Origin: Vicinamibacterales bacterium
GTDB lineage: Bacteria; Acidobacteriota; Vicinamibacteria; Vicinamibacterales; UBA2999
Assembly: GCA_030680175.1 (NCBI GenBank)
Contig: JAUXWO010000064.1
Coordinates: forward strand, 71,949 to 135,948
Reading direction: 5' to 3'
DNA length: 64,000 nt
Shown: one piece after another, positions 26,149 through 33,853 of the stretch
Numbering within the stretch: the first letter of the stretch is position 1
Layout of the letters: each line of letters begins with the position of its first letter
Notes under the pieces: generated by a model
Told to the model about the DNA's origin: nothing
Database searches by the model: none
The model's input: the letters and a program-made list of their open reading frames with translations, nothing else
Made by a program: the position numbers and the translations under genes

Positions 26149-26415
26149 TCACAGGTAGCGGTCGGCGCCCTTGATGCGCGGTTGTCCAGGCACGGGCGGG
26201 TGCGGCACACGGACGGGCGTCTCGGCCAGCGGCCGCTCGACGCGCACGCGGTTCCGCACCTTGAAGCGTTCGATCGCGGCGGGCTCCACGCGCAGCAAGC
26301 GACCGACGCGGATTGCCTCGAGCTTGCCTTGCGCGACCAGGTCGTAGCCGGCGCGCCGCGAGATTCCGAGGCGCGCCGCCGCCTCCTCGATGGTGATCAA
26401 CGCCTCGCGCGTCAC
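26149..26415 (-). CDS. Excisionase-family HTH DNA-binding protein
   Basis: LITIEEAAARLGISRRAGYDLVAQGKLEAIRVGRLLRV is a classic HTH_17 pattern; ATGA-coupled to the CII-like gene. Confidence 0.6.
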   Translation of the reverse strand: MTREALITIEEAAARLGISRRAGYDLVAQGKLEAIRVGRLLRVEPAAIERFKVRNRVRVERPLAETPVRVPHPPVPGQPRIKGADRYL

Positions 26416-26915
26416 AGTGCCCCCCCCTCGGGCCGCGCCACGATCGTCAGTGCCCCATCACCGCTGCGCTGTGCCACGACCGCTCGCAGGGCGGCGAGCC
26501 GGGTCAGCATTTCGTCGATGTCACGGAGAATCGCAGTCGCCTCGTCGGCGTCGATGCGGCCGTCGCGGGAGAGCGCCGACCCGATCGCCTGGGCGTCCTC
26601 CCCTACTTCGCGCAGCACCTCCGCGTGGGCCCGGACCACATCCAGGTCACCCGCATCCGCGCGCGGGCGCTCGATGAACAGCCCGCCGCATTCGTGGGCC
26701 AGATACCGAACGATCGCGGGGTTCCCCTGCGCCAGCGTCAGCGGGACGATGAGCTGCGCCTGGAACTTGAGCTCGTCATGCGGGTTCGACGCGTCCAGCA
26801 GGTAGCCGTGCGTCTTCCCCACCCGCGCCGCGAGCTGCTTCGGCGGGAGCGGCCCGCCGTGCACCACCTCGTAGACGGCGTCCGCCAACGTCGCCGGCAC
26901 CGGCCCGCGCGTCAT
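26412..26915 (-). CDS. Phage regulatory protein CII (CP76-like)
   Basis: Trimmed to ATG 26915 (ATGA overlap); …KQLAARVGKTHGYLLDASNPHDELKFQAQLIVPLT…ALSRDGRIDADEATAILRDIDEM resembles my recall of the Phage_CP76 family. Confidence 0.55.
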   Translation of the reverse strand: MTRGPVPATLADAVYEVVHGGPLPPKQLAARVGKTHGYLLDASNPHDELKFQAQLIVPLTLAQGNPAIVRYLAHECGGLFIERPRADAGDLDVVRAHAEVLREVGEDAQAIGSALSRDGRIDADEATAILRDIDEMLTRLAALRAVVAQRSGDGALTIVARPEGGAL

Positions 26916-27295
26916 GCCGCACCGCCCTTCGCCTTGGCGATGGCGGCCTCGGCCACGCAGGTTGCGCAACCAGTGCAGAAGCCCTTGGCGTAGCCGCATG
27001 GATGGTCCGCGACCATTTGCTCCAGCGCCGGCAGCAGGACCGGGAGGGCCGCGATCGCGTGCGCGGTCTCGCGCTCTGTGTCGAGCGTGTCGCCGGGCTG
27101 GCCATTCTCGACGGTGGCAATCAGCCACTTGCGCGGGCCGTCCACGACGACGGTCCACCGCGTGGCGTCGTCGCCGAGCCCCTGCATGGCCTTCCACCGG
27201 CGGTTCTGTTCGCCCGAATTTTCGCCCTTCGATTCGGCTGGTACGGCGGACCCGCGACGACCAACGATAGAGGGGACACGAGGACAAGATGACAT
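26912..27295 (-). CDS. Hypothetical protein (Cys cluster CGYAKGFCTGCATC)
   Basis: Trimmed to ATG 27295, which shares 1 nt with the Cro-like stop. Confidence 0.4.
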   Translation of the reverse strand: MSSCPRVPSIVGRRGSAVPAESKGENSGEQNRRWKAMQGLGDDATRWTVVVDGPRKWLIATVENGQPGDTLDTERETAHAIAALPVLLPALEQMVADHPCGYAKGFCTGCATCVAEAAIAKAKGGAA

Positions 27296-27558
27296 CAAGC
27301 CACCGCTCCTTCCCGAGACGGGAACAGGTCCTCGATCGAGCAGCCGAAGTACGCGGCGAGGCGACGGGCCGTCTCGAGCCGAATGGCCCGATAGCGACCA
27401 CGGCACAAGTCGCTCATCTGCGCGTCGGTCATGCCGAGCTCGGTGGCGACCGCACGCTGCGTCACTCCGAGCAGCTTGATCGCCGCGGCGACGCGGTTCG
27501 GCGAGTCCTGGTCTATCGGGACATCCCGAAGGCTTTCGATTTGTGCCGCATCGAGCAT
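27295..27558 (-). CDS. Cro-like XRE-family HTH regulator
   Basis: 87 aa; VAAAIKLLGVTQRAVATELGMTDAQMSDLCRGRY…AYFGCSIEDLF; divergent from the CI-like repressor. Confidence 0.75.
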   Translation of the reverse strand: MLDAAQIESLRDVPIDQDSPNRVAAAIKLLGVTQRAVATELGMTDAQMSDLCRGRYRAIRLETARRLAAYFGCSIEDLFPSREGAVA

Positions 27559-27670
27559 GCACGTAATTTACGCATCTCCCGATAACGTGTCAACACGAAA
27601 TTACGCGATGAGTGTAAATCTATCCGGCTCTTGCGTTTATGGACTGCACGTAGCTGTATGCTCTGACCCG
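27559..27670. promoter_or_regulatory. Divergent immunity switch region with operator-like palindromes
   Basis: Locally AT-rich spacer; perfect palindrome CGTAAtTTACG at 27562-27572 abutting the cro start; related CGAAATTACG at 27596-27605; GTAAAT at 27614. Confidence 0.5.
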
Positions 27671-28558
27671 GTGGGGACCATCGGGGAGAACATCCGTCGA
27701 CTACGCGTCGAGAGAGGATTTCGCGCGCAAGGCGACTTCGCTGAGGCGATGAGGGTCCCCCAGAGCCGCGTCTCGGACTGGGAGAACGATCGCTACGGGC
27801 TACCGGACACAAGCACACTGCTCAAGATCGCGAAGACACTCGGCTGCTCCATCGACGACCTGCTCTCCGGCGTGGACCCGCGCTACGACACCGCGGCGTC
27901 GACGTCGGTGAACGAGCTGCTCGAGAAGCTGCGGGCGATGACGGGCACGCCGGCGAAGCCCGTGAAGGCGAAGACGCGGGTACCGAACGCGATTCCGCCG
28001 GATCGGGATGCGGTGATTGCGGAGATTCGAGCCGTGGCGGCCCGGCTGGGGCGCGGTCCAGGTGGTGGCGGCGACGACGCGGGCGAGTTCGTCGACATCT
28101 CCGGCTCGGTGCGCGACGACCTGCCGGTGATCGGCGAGGGCGAGGCCTCCCCACGCGACACGCTCTTCTGGGACGACACAGGCGCTCTGCTCGCGCGCAT
28201 CACGGACCGGATCCGCCGGCCGTACGACGTGCGCGACCCGCGCGCCTACGGCGTGCGGGTGCGGGGCGACTCGATGATCCCGATCTACGAACCGGGCATG
28301 ACGGTCGTCGTCTCGCCGTCGCGCCCGGTGCGCAGCGGGCACCGCGTCTACCTGGAGCTCACCTCCGGCGAGCGCCTGGTGAAGATCGCGCGGAAGGCCG
28401 GGGACGGCTGGATGCTCGAGAGCGCGAACCCTGCGCACGAGCCACGGTTCGTGCGCAAGAGCGACGTGAAGCTGATGCACCGGATCGTCTGGGTCCGCGA
28501 ACCGGACGACGACGAGCACCTGGTCGACGAAGAGAACGGCGGGAAGCGGCGGCGGTAG
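27671..28558 (+). CDS. CI/LexA-like repressor (XRE HTH plus S24 peptidase domain)
   Basis: VGTIGENIRRLRVERGFRAQGDFAEAMRVPQSRVSDWEN HTH; C-terminal AYGVRVRGDSMIP…ERLVKIARK Ser/Lys dyad. Start is GTG 27671 (HTH-proximal) or ATG 27608. Confidence 0.85.
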   Translation: MGTIGENIRRLRVERGFRAQGDFAEAMRVPQSRVSDWENDRYGLPDTSTLLKIAKTLGCSIDDLLSGVDPRYDTAASTSVNELLEKLRAMTGTPAKPVKAKTRVPNAIPPDRDAVIAEIRAVAARLGRGPGGGGDDAGEFVDISGSVRDDLPVIGEGEASPRDTLFWDDTGALLARITDRIRRPYDVRDPRAYGVRVRGDSMIPIYEPGMTVVVSPSRPVRSGHRVYLELTSGERLVKIARKAGDGWMLESANPAHEPRFVRKSDVKLMHRIVWVREPDDDEHLVDEENGGKRRR

Positions 28559-28583
28559 TCCATGACACTGGAGGAGCCTGAAG

Positions 28584-28919
28584 GTGAGCACACCATTGAA
28601 GGAGAAGAGTCTGCCGCTCGCGATCGGCCTGAACCTCGTACTCCCCGGGGCGGGGTACATCTACATGGGGCGCGTCATCCTCGGGCTCGCTGCGTTGTGC
28701 CTCGTGTCCCTCGTGGTGGTGTCGACGGGCCTCCTGCTTCTCCTGCCGACCTGGTTGGGCATCAACGCGATCATGGCGATCGACATGGTGATTCTCTTCA
28801 ACAAGCGGCGGAAGGCCCAGACACGACGGTGCCCTCGATGCGCGGAGGAGGTCCAACTCCAAGCGGAGATCTGCAAGCACTGCCGCAGCGATCTACCCCC
28901 GCTCGTCACAGCGAGCTGA
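28584..28919 (+). CDS. Membrane protein with C-terminal zinc ribbon
   Basis: 111 aa, GTG start with GGAGGAG upstream; two or three TM segments (LPLAIGLNLVLPGAGYIYMG, ILGLAALCLVSLVVV, TGLLLLLPTWLGINAIMAI); CPRCAEEV…CKHCRS. Confidence 0.55.
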   Translation: MSTPLKEKSLPLAIGLNLVLPGAGYIYMGRVILGLAALCLVSLVVVSTGLLLLLPTWLGINAIMAIDMVILFNKRRKAQTRRCPRCAEEVQLQAEICKHCRSDLPPLVTAS

Positions 28920-28972
28920 GTCAGACGGCTGGCCCCACTCCCGGGGTCGAGCCGAACCCCTGGAGGTCGACC

Positions 28973-29488
28973 ATGAGAGCGGTGCGGGTTCTGTCGTTCG
29001 TCGTCGGCGCCGCGACCATCTTGCTCACCGCGGCAGCGGAAGCCCAGCCCAAGCCCACGACGACCGTCGTGGCACAGCACGATGCACCGGTCACCATTTC
29101 CAGCTACACGGCGCAGTACCGCGAGCGCTCACAGTACGCCGCCGAAGGCGTGCACCATTCGGTGAAGTACCAGAACAGCTCCGGAAGGACGATCGTTGCG
29201 ATCCAGTTCGGCCTGGCGACATTCGACGTATGGAACGAGTTCCTCAACCGTACGAACGGGATCGCCCTGGAGACGGTCACTGGCGGGCGATCCCAGAGTG
29301 GCACATGGATCGCGAACCCTCTAAGGGCCTTTACTTTCCTGACCGGCGTCGCCTGGGTCAGCAAGGTGCGGTTCGAGGACGGGGAGATCTGGACCGCCGA
29401 CGAGAAGACCGTCCTTGAAGCACTGAGAGCGATCGAGGCCGATTTTGACGCGGCGCGCCTGAAACCGGAACCTCCTCCAGGCGGCTAA
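28973..29488 (+). CDS. Secreted hypothetical protein
   Basis: Trimmed to ATG 28973 (GGAGG 7 nt upstream); signal peptide MRAVRVLSFVVGAATILLTAAAEA-QP; no family recognised. Confidence 0.55.
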   Translation: MRAVRVLSFVVGAATILLTAAAEAQPKPTTTVVAQHDAPVTISSYTAQYRERSQYAAEGVHHSVKYQNSSGRTIVAIQFGLATFDVWNEFLNRTNGIALETVTGGRSQSGTWIANPLRAFTFLTGVAWVSKVRFEDGEIWTADEKTVLEALRAIEADFDAARLKPEPPPGG

Positions 29489-29628
29489 CTAGGAGGCGCC
29501 AAGGGAACCAGCACCGGGCGGCTACATCCCGGCAGGCGGTAAAGGCAGGCGACGATGCAGCTTGCCGTGAAGGACCAGGATGGGCCACCGACGAGGCCGT
29601 TGGAACGGGCGGTGAGGGGCGAGCACCT

Positions 29629-30069
29629 ATGAAGAAAGTCGGCCTACTCGTCGTCCTCCTGGCGTTCTACGCGCTCTGGTACGTCGGCACGGTGACGAAC
29701 CCACCGCCGCCGCCCACCACGAGCACGCAGCCGGCGCGGACGCGGCCGGTCGTGGCGGCCGACCCAACGGGCTGCGTTCCGCATGCCGTGATCCACAGCA
29801 GTGCGTACTGGGCGGCGGAGCTCGGCCAGCCGGAGGCGGTCGTGCTGCAGACCCACCGCATCAACCTCTGGAACCGGCCGGATGACCGGCGCCAGAAGGT
29901 CGGCGAGATGCGCGTGGGGTCGCGCGCGGTGATTCTCGACGAGCGCGATGGCTTCTACCGTGTCAGGAGCCCGCTCGACAACGCCGCGGGCTGGGTCAAC
30001 GAGCTGCAGGTGGAGAGCGTCGTGCACGCCGACACCGAGACCAGGGAACTCTGCACGCCGTCATCGTAG
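29629..30069 (+). CDS. Membrane-anchored protein with Pro-rich linker and SH3b-like domain
   Basis: MKKVGLLVVLLAFYALWYVG anchor, PPPPPTTST linker, then …NLWNRPDDRRQKVGEMRVGSRAVILDERDGFYRVRSPLDNAAGWVN (bacterial SH3 pattern). Confidence 0.55.
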   Translation: MKKVGLLVVLLAFYALWYVGTVTNPPPPPTTSTQPARTRPVVAADPTGCVPHAVIHSSAYWAAELGQPEAVVLQTHRINLWNRPDDRRQKVGEMRVGSRAVILDERDGFYRVRSPLDNAAGWVNELQVESVVHADTETRELCTPSS

Positions 30070-30096
30070 CGACAGGACCACGTCGGGAATTATCCA

Positions 30097-30474
30097 ATGC
30101 CGTGTGACTACACCATCGACCCCGTCGATGGCATACTCCGCCTCCGGGCGACCGGCGCGTGCACGTATGCGTGCTGGTCGGCCACGCTCACCCGCGCCAC
30201 ACAGGATCCGGCCTTCACCGCCGGCATGCCGGTGTTCGTAGACGTGCGCGAAGGCACGGCCCTGCCCGCACCCGGGAAGGTGGAGCGGATCGCGCGGACC
30301 TGGGAGGTGACGTTTCCCCGGAGCCGGGTGGCCCTGGTCGCGCTGCCGGGGAGCGCCGCGTACGGCATCGCCCGGCAGGTTGGCGTTCACGCGAAGGACC
30401 GGGTTGCGGCCTTCGACGACATCGCCGAGGCCGAGGCTTGGTTGCAGCCCCCACGGAGCGGACCCGATGTATAG
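30097..30474 (+). CDS. Hypothetical cytoplasmic protein (possibly STAS/SpoIIAA-like fold)
   Basis: 125-aa ORF 27 nt after the previous gene; the pattern VFVDVREGTALP…RVALVALPGSAAYGIARQ…AFDDIAEAEAWL only loosely recalls STAS-like proteins. Confidence 0.45.
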   Translation: MPCDYTIDPVDGILRLRATGACTYACWSATLTRATQDPAFTAGMPVFVDVREGTALPAPGKVERIARTWEVTFPRSRVALVALPGSAAYGIARQVGVHAKDRVAAFDDIAEAEAWLQPPRSGPDV

Positions 30475-30556
30475 CGAGAAGCGTGACTACGCCGGCGGCA
30501 CGGTGATGACGATCGCCGCTGCGGCCGGCGAGTCCGCCTGGGAAACCATCTAGCTC

Positions 30557-31078
30557 ATGGCTGTCGGCTTCTCGAAACCGCGCGACACCCGGGCGATTCC
30601 CGAGCACGTCCTCTGGACGCTCACGAAGGGCGGGCGCACGGCGGAGGCGCGCACCCGGATGGTGCCACTCGGGCCCGAACTCCGGGTCTACGTCTCACAC
30701 CTCGAGACCGGCGCGCTCGAGCTGCTGTGGTCCGAGGTGTTCCGCGTGCAGGACGGGGGCGGTGCCGCACTCCGCGACCTGGCCGAGCAGACACAGCGGG
30801 ACTTCGAGGCGCGCGGGTGGAAAGCGGTGAATCAGGTCCAGCGAGGCGATCTTGTCGTGACACCGACGCTGGTCGGCGGGACCCTCGCCCACCATGCGGC
30901 GTTCCAGATCGTTGTCTGGGAAGAAGGTCGCCGGCTCGGCCCCCTTTTCGACGACGCCGCGCGCGCGACTGAGCGGGCTCGGACATGGGGCGCTCGGCTA
31001 GGGGTCCGCGCCTGGCACACCACCGCGCGCGACCATGAGGGGCAATGGGTCCTGCACGAGGTCGTGAATGGCGAATAA
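30557..31078 (+). CDS. Hypothetical cytoplasmic protein
   Basis: 173-aa ORF on the same strand; no family recognised. Confidence 0.45.
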   Translation: MAVGFSKPRDTRAIPEHVLWTLTKGGRTAEARTRMVPLGPELRVYVSHLETGALELLWSEVFRVQDGGGAALRDLAEQTQRDFEARGWKAVNQVQRGDLVVTPTLVGGTLAHHAAFQIVVWEEGRRLGPLFDDAARATERARTWGARLGVRAWHTTARDHEGQWVLHEVVNGE

Positions 31079-31256
31079 CTGTCCCCGAGACACCGTGGCC
31101 TTGAAGCGTTGCCTGGTCAGCGACCCGACGGAGCAGACGCAGCGGGACTTCGAGGCGGGCGGATGGGCCTCGGTCGGGACGATGCCGTGAGCACGGTCGA
31201 AAGGCGCTACTATGTCTACAGGCGCGCCACCCGGGCGGCTGGGGAGGTGATCTCTC

Positions 31257-31958
31257 GTGACCAAGAAGCTCGACATCTACAAGGGACGCGATCCGCGCCA
31301 GATCCCGGCCTACACGATCCAGGAAGCAGCGCACTATGTGCGGGTGCCGGAGCAGACGCTGCATCGGTGGCTGTACGGCTGGAACAAGGGCGCCGGTGGT
31401 CGCGCGACCCGGCTCGTGGCGCCGGCGGATCCTGCGGGACATCGCCTCTCGTTCGTGAATCTGGTCGAACTACACGTGCTCCGCGCCATCACCAGGGAGC
31501 ACGCGGTCAGAATGCCGAAGGTGCGCGAGGCCATCAACACGCTCGAGCGGAAATTCAAGACGCCGCACCCATTGGTCGACGAAGAGATGCAGACCGACGG
31601 ACGCAATCTCTTCGTGACCAGGCTCGGCAAGCTGTTCAACCTGAACAGGGACGGACAGATGGCAATGCGCGAGATCTTGGAGGCGCACCTGAAGCGGATC
31701 GAACGCGACGAAGCGGGTCTAGCCGTTCGCCTCTACCCGTTCACACGCGACACGACGAAGGCGGAATCGGTGCCGCGGCTGGTTGCAATCGACCCACGGG
31801 TGGCCTTCGGTCGGCCGACGATCGTGGGCACGCGCATCCCAACCGCCGAAGTGGCAGACCGGTTCGCGGCGGGCGATTCCGTGGAGTTGCTGGTCGGTGA
31901 GTACGGTGCCACCGCTGCGGCGCTCGAGGAAGCGATCCGCTACGAGCACGCCGCCTAG
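31257..31958 (+). CDS. DUF433-domain protein with N-terminal HTH (putative antitoxin)
   Basis: C-terminal DPRVAFGRPTIVGTRIPTAEVADRFAAGDSVELLVGEYGATAAALEEAIRYE matches DUF433; N-terminal YTIQEAAHYVRVPEQTLHRWLYG is an HTH. Confidence 0.7.
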   Translation: MTKKLDIYKGRDPRQIPAYTIQEAAHYVRVPEQTLHRWLYGWNKGAGGRATRLVAPADPAGHRLSFVNLVELHVLRAITREHAVRMPKVREAINTLERKFKTPHPLVDEEMQTDGRNLFVTRLGKLFNLNRDGQMAMREILEAHLKRIERDEAGLAVRLYPFTRDTTKAESVPRLVAIDPRVAFGRPTIVGTRIPTAEVADRFAAGDSVELLVGEYGATAAALEEAIRYEHAA

Positions 31959-32370
31959 CGCGGTTCGACTCCTGATCGACGAGTGCCTTGGCCGCGTGGC
32001 CGTTCCCGAGGCACTTCGCCAGGCCGGCGCCTCGGTCGTCCTCCACAGCCAGCTCTTCGCGCCCGGCCTTGACGACGTGGACTGGCTGCGCCAACTGGCG
32101 AATCATCCTGACCTTGTTGTCCTCTCGAAGGACAAGCGAATCAGGAAGCGAACGATCGAGCTTGAAGCGGTCATGGCAGGGCGTGTGCGACTCTTCGTGC
32201 TCACGGCAGGCAAACTGAACGGGGCCGAGCAGGCCGAGTCCTTCGTGCGTGCGCTCACACGGATCCTGCGATTGGCCAGACGCCCAGGCCCATTCATCGC
32301 AACCGTGACTGCTGGCGGTCACGTCACAATCACCTTCGACGGCGGTCACGGGACCCGCCGCCATCGGTAG
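31906..32370 (+). CDS. DUF5615 / PIN-like (Mut7-C-like) protein (putative toxin)
   Basis: Core VRLLIDECLGRVAVPEALRQAGASVVLHSQLFAPGLDDVDWLRQLANHPDLVVLSKDKRIRKR fits DUF5615. The family-typical N-terminus (31963) has no canonical start; the nearest in-frame GTGs are 31906 and 31897, inside the upstream gene. Confidence 0.55.
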   Translation: MPPLRRSRKRSATSTPPSAVRLLIDECLGRVAVPEALRQAGASVVLHSQLFAPGLDDVDWLRQLANHPDLVVLSKDKRIRKRTIELEAVMAGRVRLFVLTAGKLNGAEQAESFVRALTRILRLARRPGPFIATVTAGGHVTITFDGGHGTRRHR

Positions 32371-32381
32371 GAACACCGTCG

Positions 32382-33629
32382 ATGGCCAGCTTCCACGAAC
32401 CCGGCCGCGGCTGGCGCTACGACTTCCGGATGTACGGGCGGCGGCACCGTGCGCCACGCGCCTTCCGCACGAAGAAGCTGTGCGACGCCGCAGAGCGCGC
32501 GCTGCGCGACCGCCTGCAGCGCGTATCCGCCGGCATCCCGGACGACGCGCCTGGTCACGGCCCTCGGTTCTCGGAGTGGGCCGCCGTGTGCTACACCTAC
32601 GCCGCAGAGCGGCGCCGCCTCCGGTCCCCAGAGTCGTTCGACCACGTCCTGCGTGTCATCCTGCGGTTCTGGGGCGCCGAGCCGAGCGACCCGGCCAAGG
32701 TGGTCAAGGGCGAGCCGTACCACGATCTGACGCTCGACGCGCCGATCCGCGATGGGCGCTGGCTGTTGCGCTTCGAGGAGTGGATGGCCGAGAAGGGGCT
32801 GTCGGGCTCGACGAAGAATCACTACCGCTCAGCCTGCTCGCGGCTCTACGCCGTCGCCATGCTCCCGGAGTACCGCACGCAGAGCGGCATCATGTTGAAC
32901 CCGTTCCGAGGCATCCTGCGCGACCAGACGCGACGCCGCGATGCGACCTTCAGCCTAGCGCAGCTCCGCGACGTGCTCGGGGCCGCACCGCCAGAACTCG
33001 CGCTGGCCATCCAGATCGCGCTGCTCGCGCCAAAGCTGCGCCTGGCGAACATCACGGCGCTGCGCTGGGATGCCAACCTCGATCGCGAGCTGACGTGGAT
33101 TCGCCTGCGTGAGCACAAGACCGCCGACGTCACCGGCCGCCCGCTCGTGACCCCGATCGTCCCCGCGCTGCGCGCGCTGCTCGCGGCCGTCCAACCGCCG
33201 GCGCGCCAGGTGACGCGGCGGCCCTGGGTCATCAACGTCGACGGCGCGCCCGTGAAGCCGCGACAGATCCAGCGCGCGCTCGAGCGCGTGTGCCGCCAGC
33301 TCGAGATTCCCTACGGCCTGGCGGCCGACGGCGTCACGTTCCACAGCTTGCGACACACGGCCGCGACGCAGCTCGCCGCCATCGGCGTGCCCGAGGCCCT
33401 CCGGAAGGACGCCATCGGTCACCGCGACATCCAGACCACGCAACGGTACACCCACCTCACGCCGTCGCACGAGCTCGCGCCGCTCGAGCTCCTCGCGGCC
33501 GCGTTTGCACCGGCAATGAGCGGGGTGAATTCCGGGGGGACTCCGAAGCTGGCGGGCCGGAAACGGGCGCGCGTGACGCGACGGCCCGCACGTCAAGAAA
33601 CGCCCGCCAAATCGAGGAAAACGGCGTAA
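32382..33629 (+). CDS. int: Tyrosine recombinase / phage integrase
   Basis: 415 aa; …ALLAPKLRLANITALRW…, VTFHSLRHTAATQLAAIG and GHRDIQTTQRYTHL give the R-H-R-Y catalytic set. Confidence 0.92.
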   Translation: MASFHEPGRGWRYDFRMYGRRHRAPRAFRTKKLCDAAERALRDRLQRVSAGIPDDAPGHGPRFSEWAAVCYTYAAERRRLRSPESFDHVLRVILRFWGAEPSDPAKVVKGEPYHDLTLDAPIRDGRWLLRFEEWMAEKGLSGSTKNHYRSACSRLYAVAMLPEYRTQSGIMLNPFRGILRDQTRRRDATFSLAQLRDVLGAAPPELALAIQIALLAPKLRLANITALRWDANLDRELTWIRLREHKTADVTGRPLVTPIVPALRALLAAVQPPARQVTRRPWVINVDGAPVKPRQIQRALERVCRQLEIPYGLAADGVTFHSLRHTAATQLAAIGVPEALRKDAIGHRDIQTTQRYTHLTPSHELAPLELLAAAFAPAMSGVNSGGTPKLAGRKRARVTRRPARQETPAKSRKTA

Positions 33630-33672
33630 TCGAGCGCCTGTGTGGCGACCGTCGAAAAGGGCCTGATCTAAC

Positions 33673-33726
33673 TCAAAATCCTGTGCCCGCAAGGGCGTGT
33701 GGGTTCGACCCCCTCCGCCGGCACCA
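33673..33726 (+). other. attR: 3' fragment of tRNA-Leu(CAA), from anticodon loop through variable arm, T arm and acceptor 3' strand to CCA
   Basis: CTCAAAA-TCCTG-tGCCCgcaaGGGCgt-GTGGG-TTCGACC-CCCTC-CGCCGGC-A-CCA. The class II variable arm and T loop are clear. No matching 5' anticodon stem, D arm or 5' acceptor strand lies upstream. Confidence 0.5.
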
Positions 33727-33732
33727 ACACGA

Positions 33733-33756
33733 ACGGCCGCGCGCTCGCGCGGCCGT
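33733..33756. terminator. GC-rich hairpin just after the tRNA fragment
   Basis: ACGGCCGCGC-gctc-GCGCGGCCGT, perfect 10-bp stem; flanked by aaag (+) and ttcgtgttgg (-), so the U tracts are weak. Confidence 0.4.
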
Positions 33757-33853
33757 AAAGGGGCTGTCAGCACTCAGCTGCCGGCTCTCGGCTCTCCCGA
33801 AACGTCTGTCGGGCGTCGCTTCGTGGTCTTCGTGTCCTTCGTGTTGGCCCGTT

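Larger units (their letters stand above)
1..33726. mobile_element. Lambda-like siphovirus prophage, right-hand part (left end outside window), integrated at a tRNA-Leu 3' end
   Basis: Contiguous tail, head, packaging, replication and lysogeny modules in canonical order; tyrosine integrase at 32382..33629 is followed by a tRNA 3' fragment; host-type genes begin at 33854. Confidence 0.85.

Noticed and set aside
30621-31442. 273-aa minus-strand ORF and other minus or alternative-frame ORFs across the cargo region (27800..28660, 28359..28880, 30215..30607, 31741..32457, 32955..33773)
   Set aside because: They are Arg/Pro-rich shadow frames opposite plus-strand ORFs that have signal peptides, TM segments, SD sequences or known domains.
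33636-33726. A complete 91-nt class II tRNA-Leu
   Set aside because: The 5' acceptor candidate GCCTGTG mismatches the 3' strand, the D region is aberrant, and no 5' anticodon stem complements TCCTG. Only the 3' part is tRNA-like, so it is called an att fragment instead.
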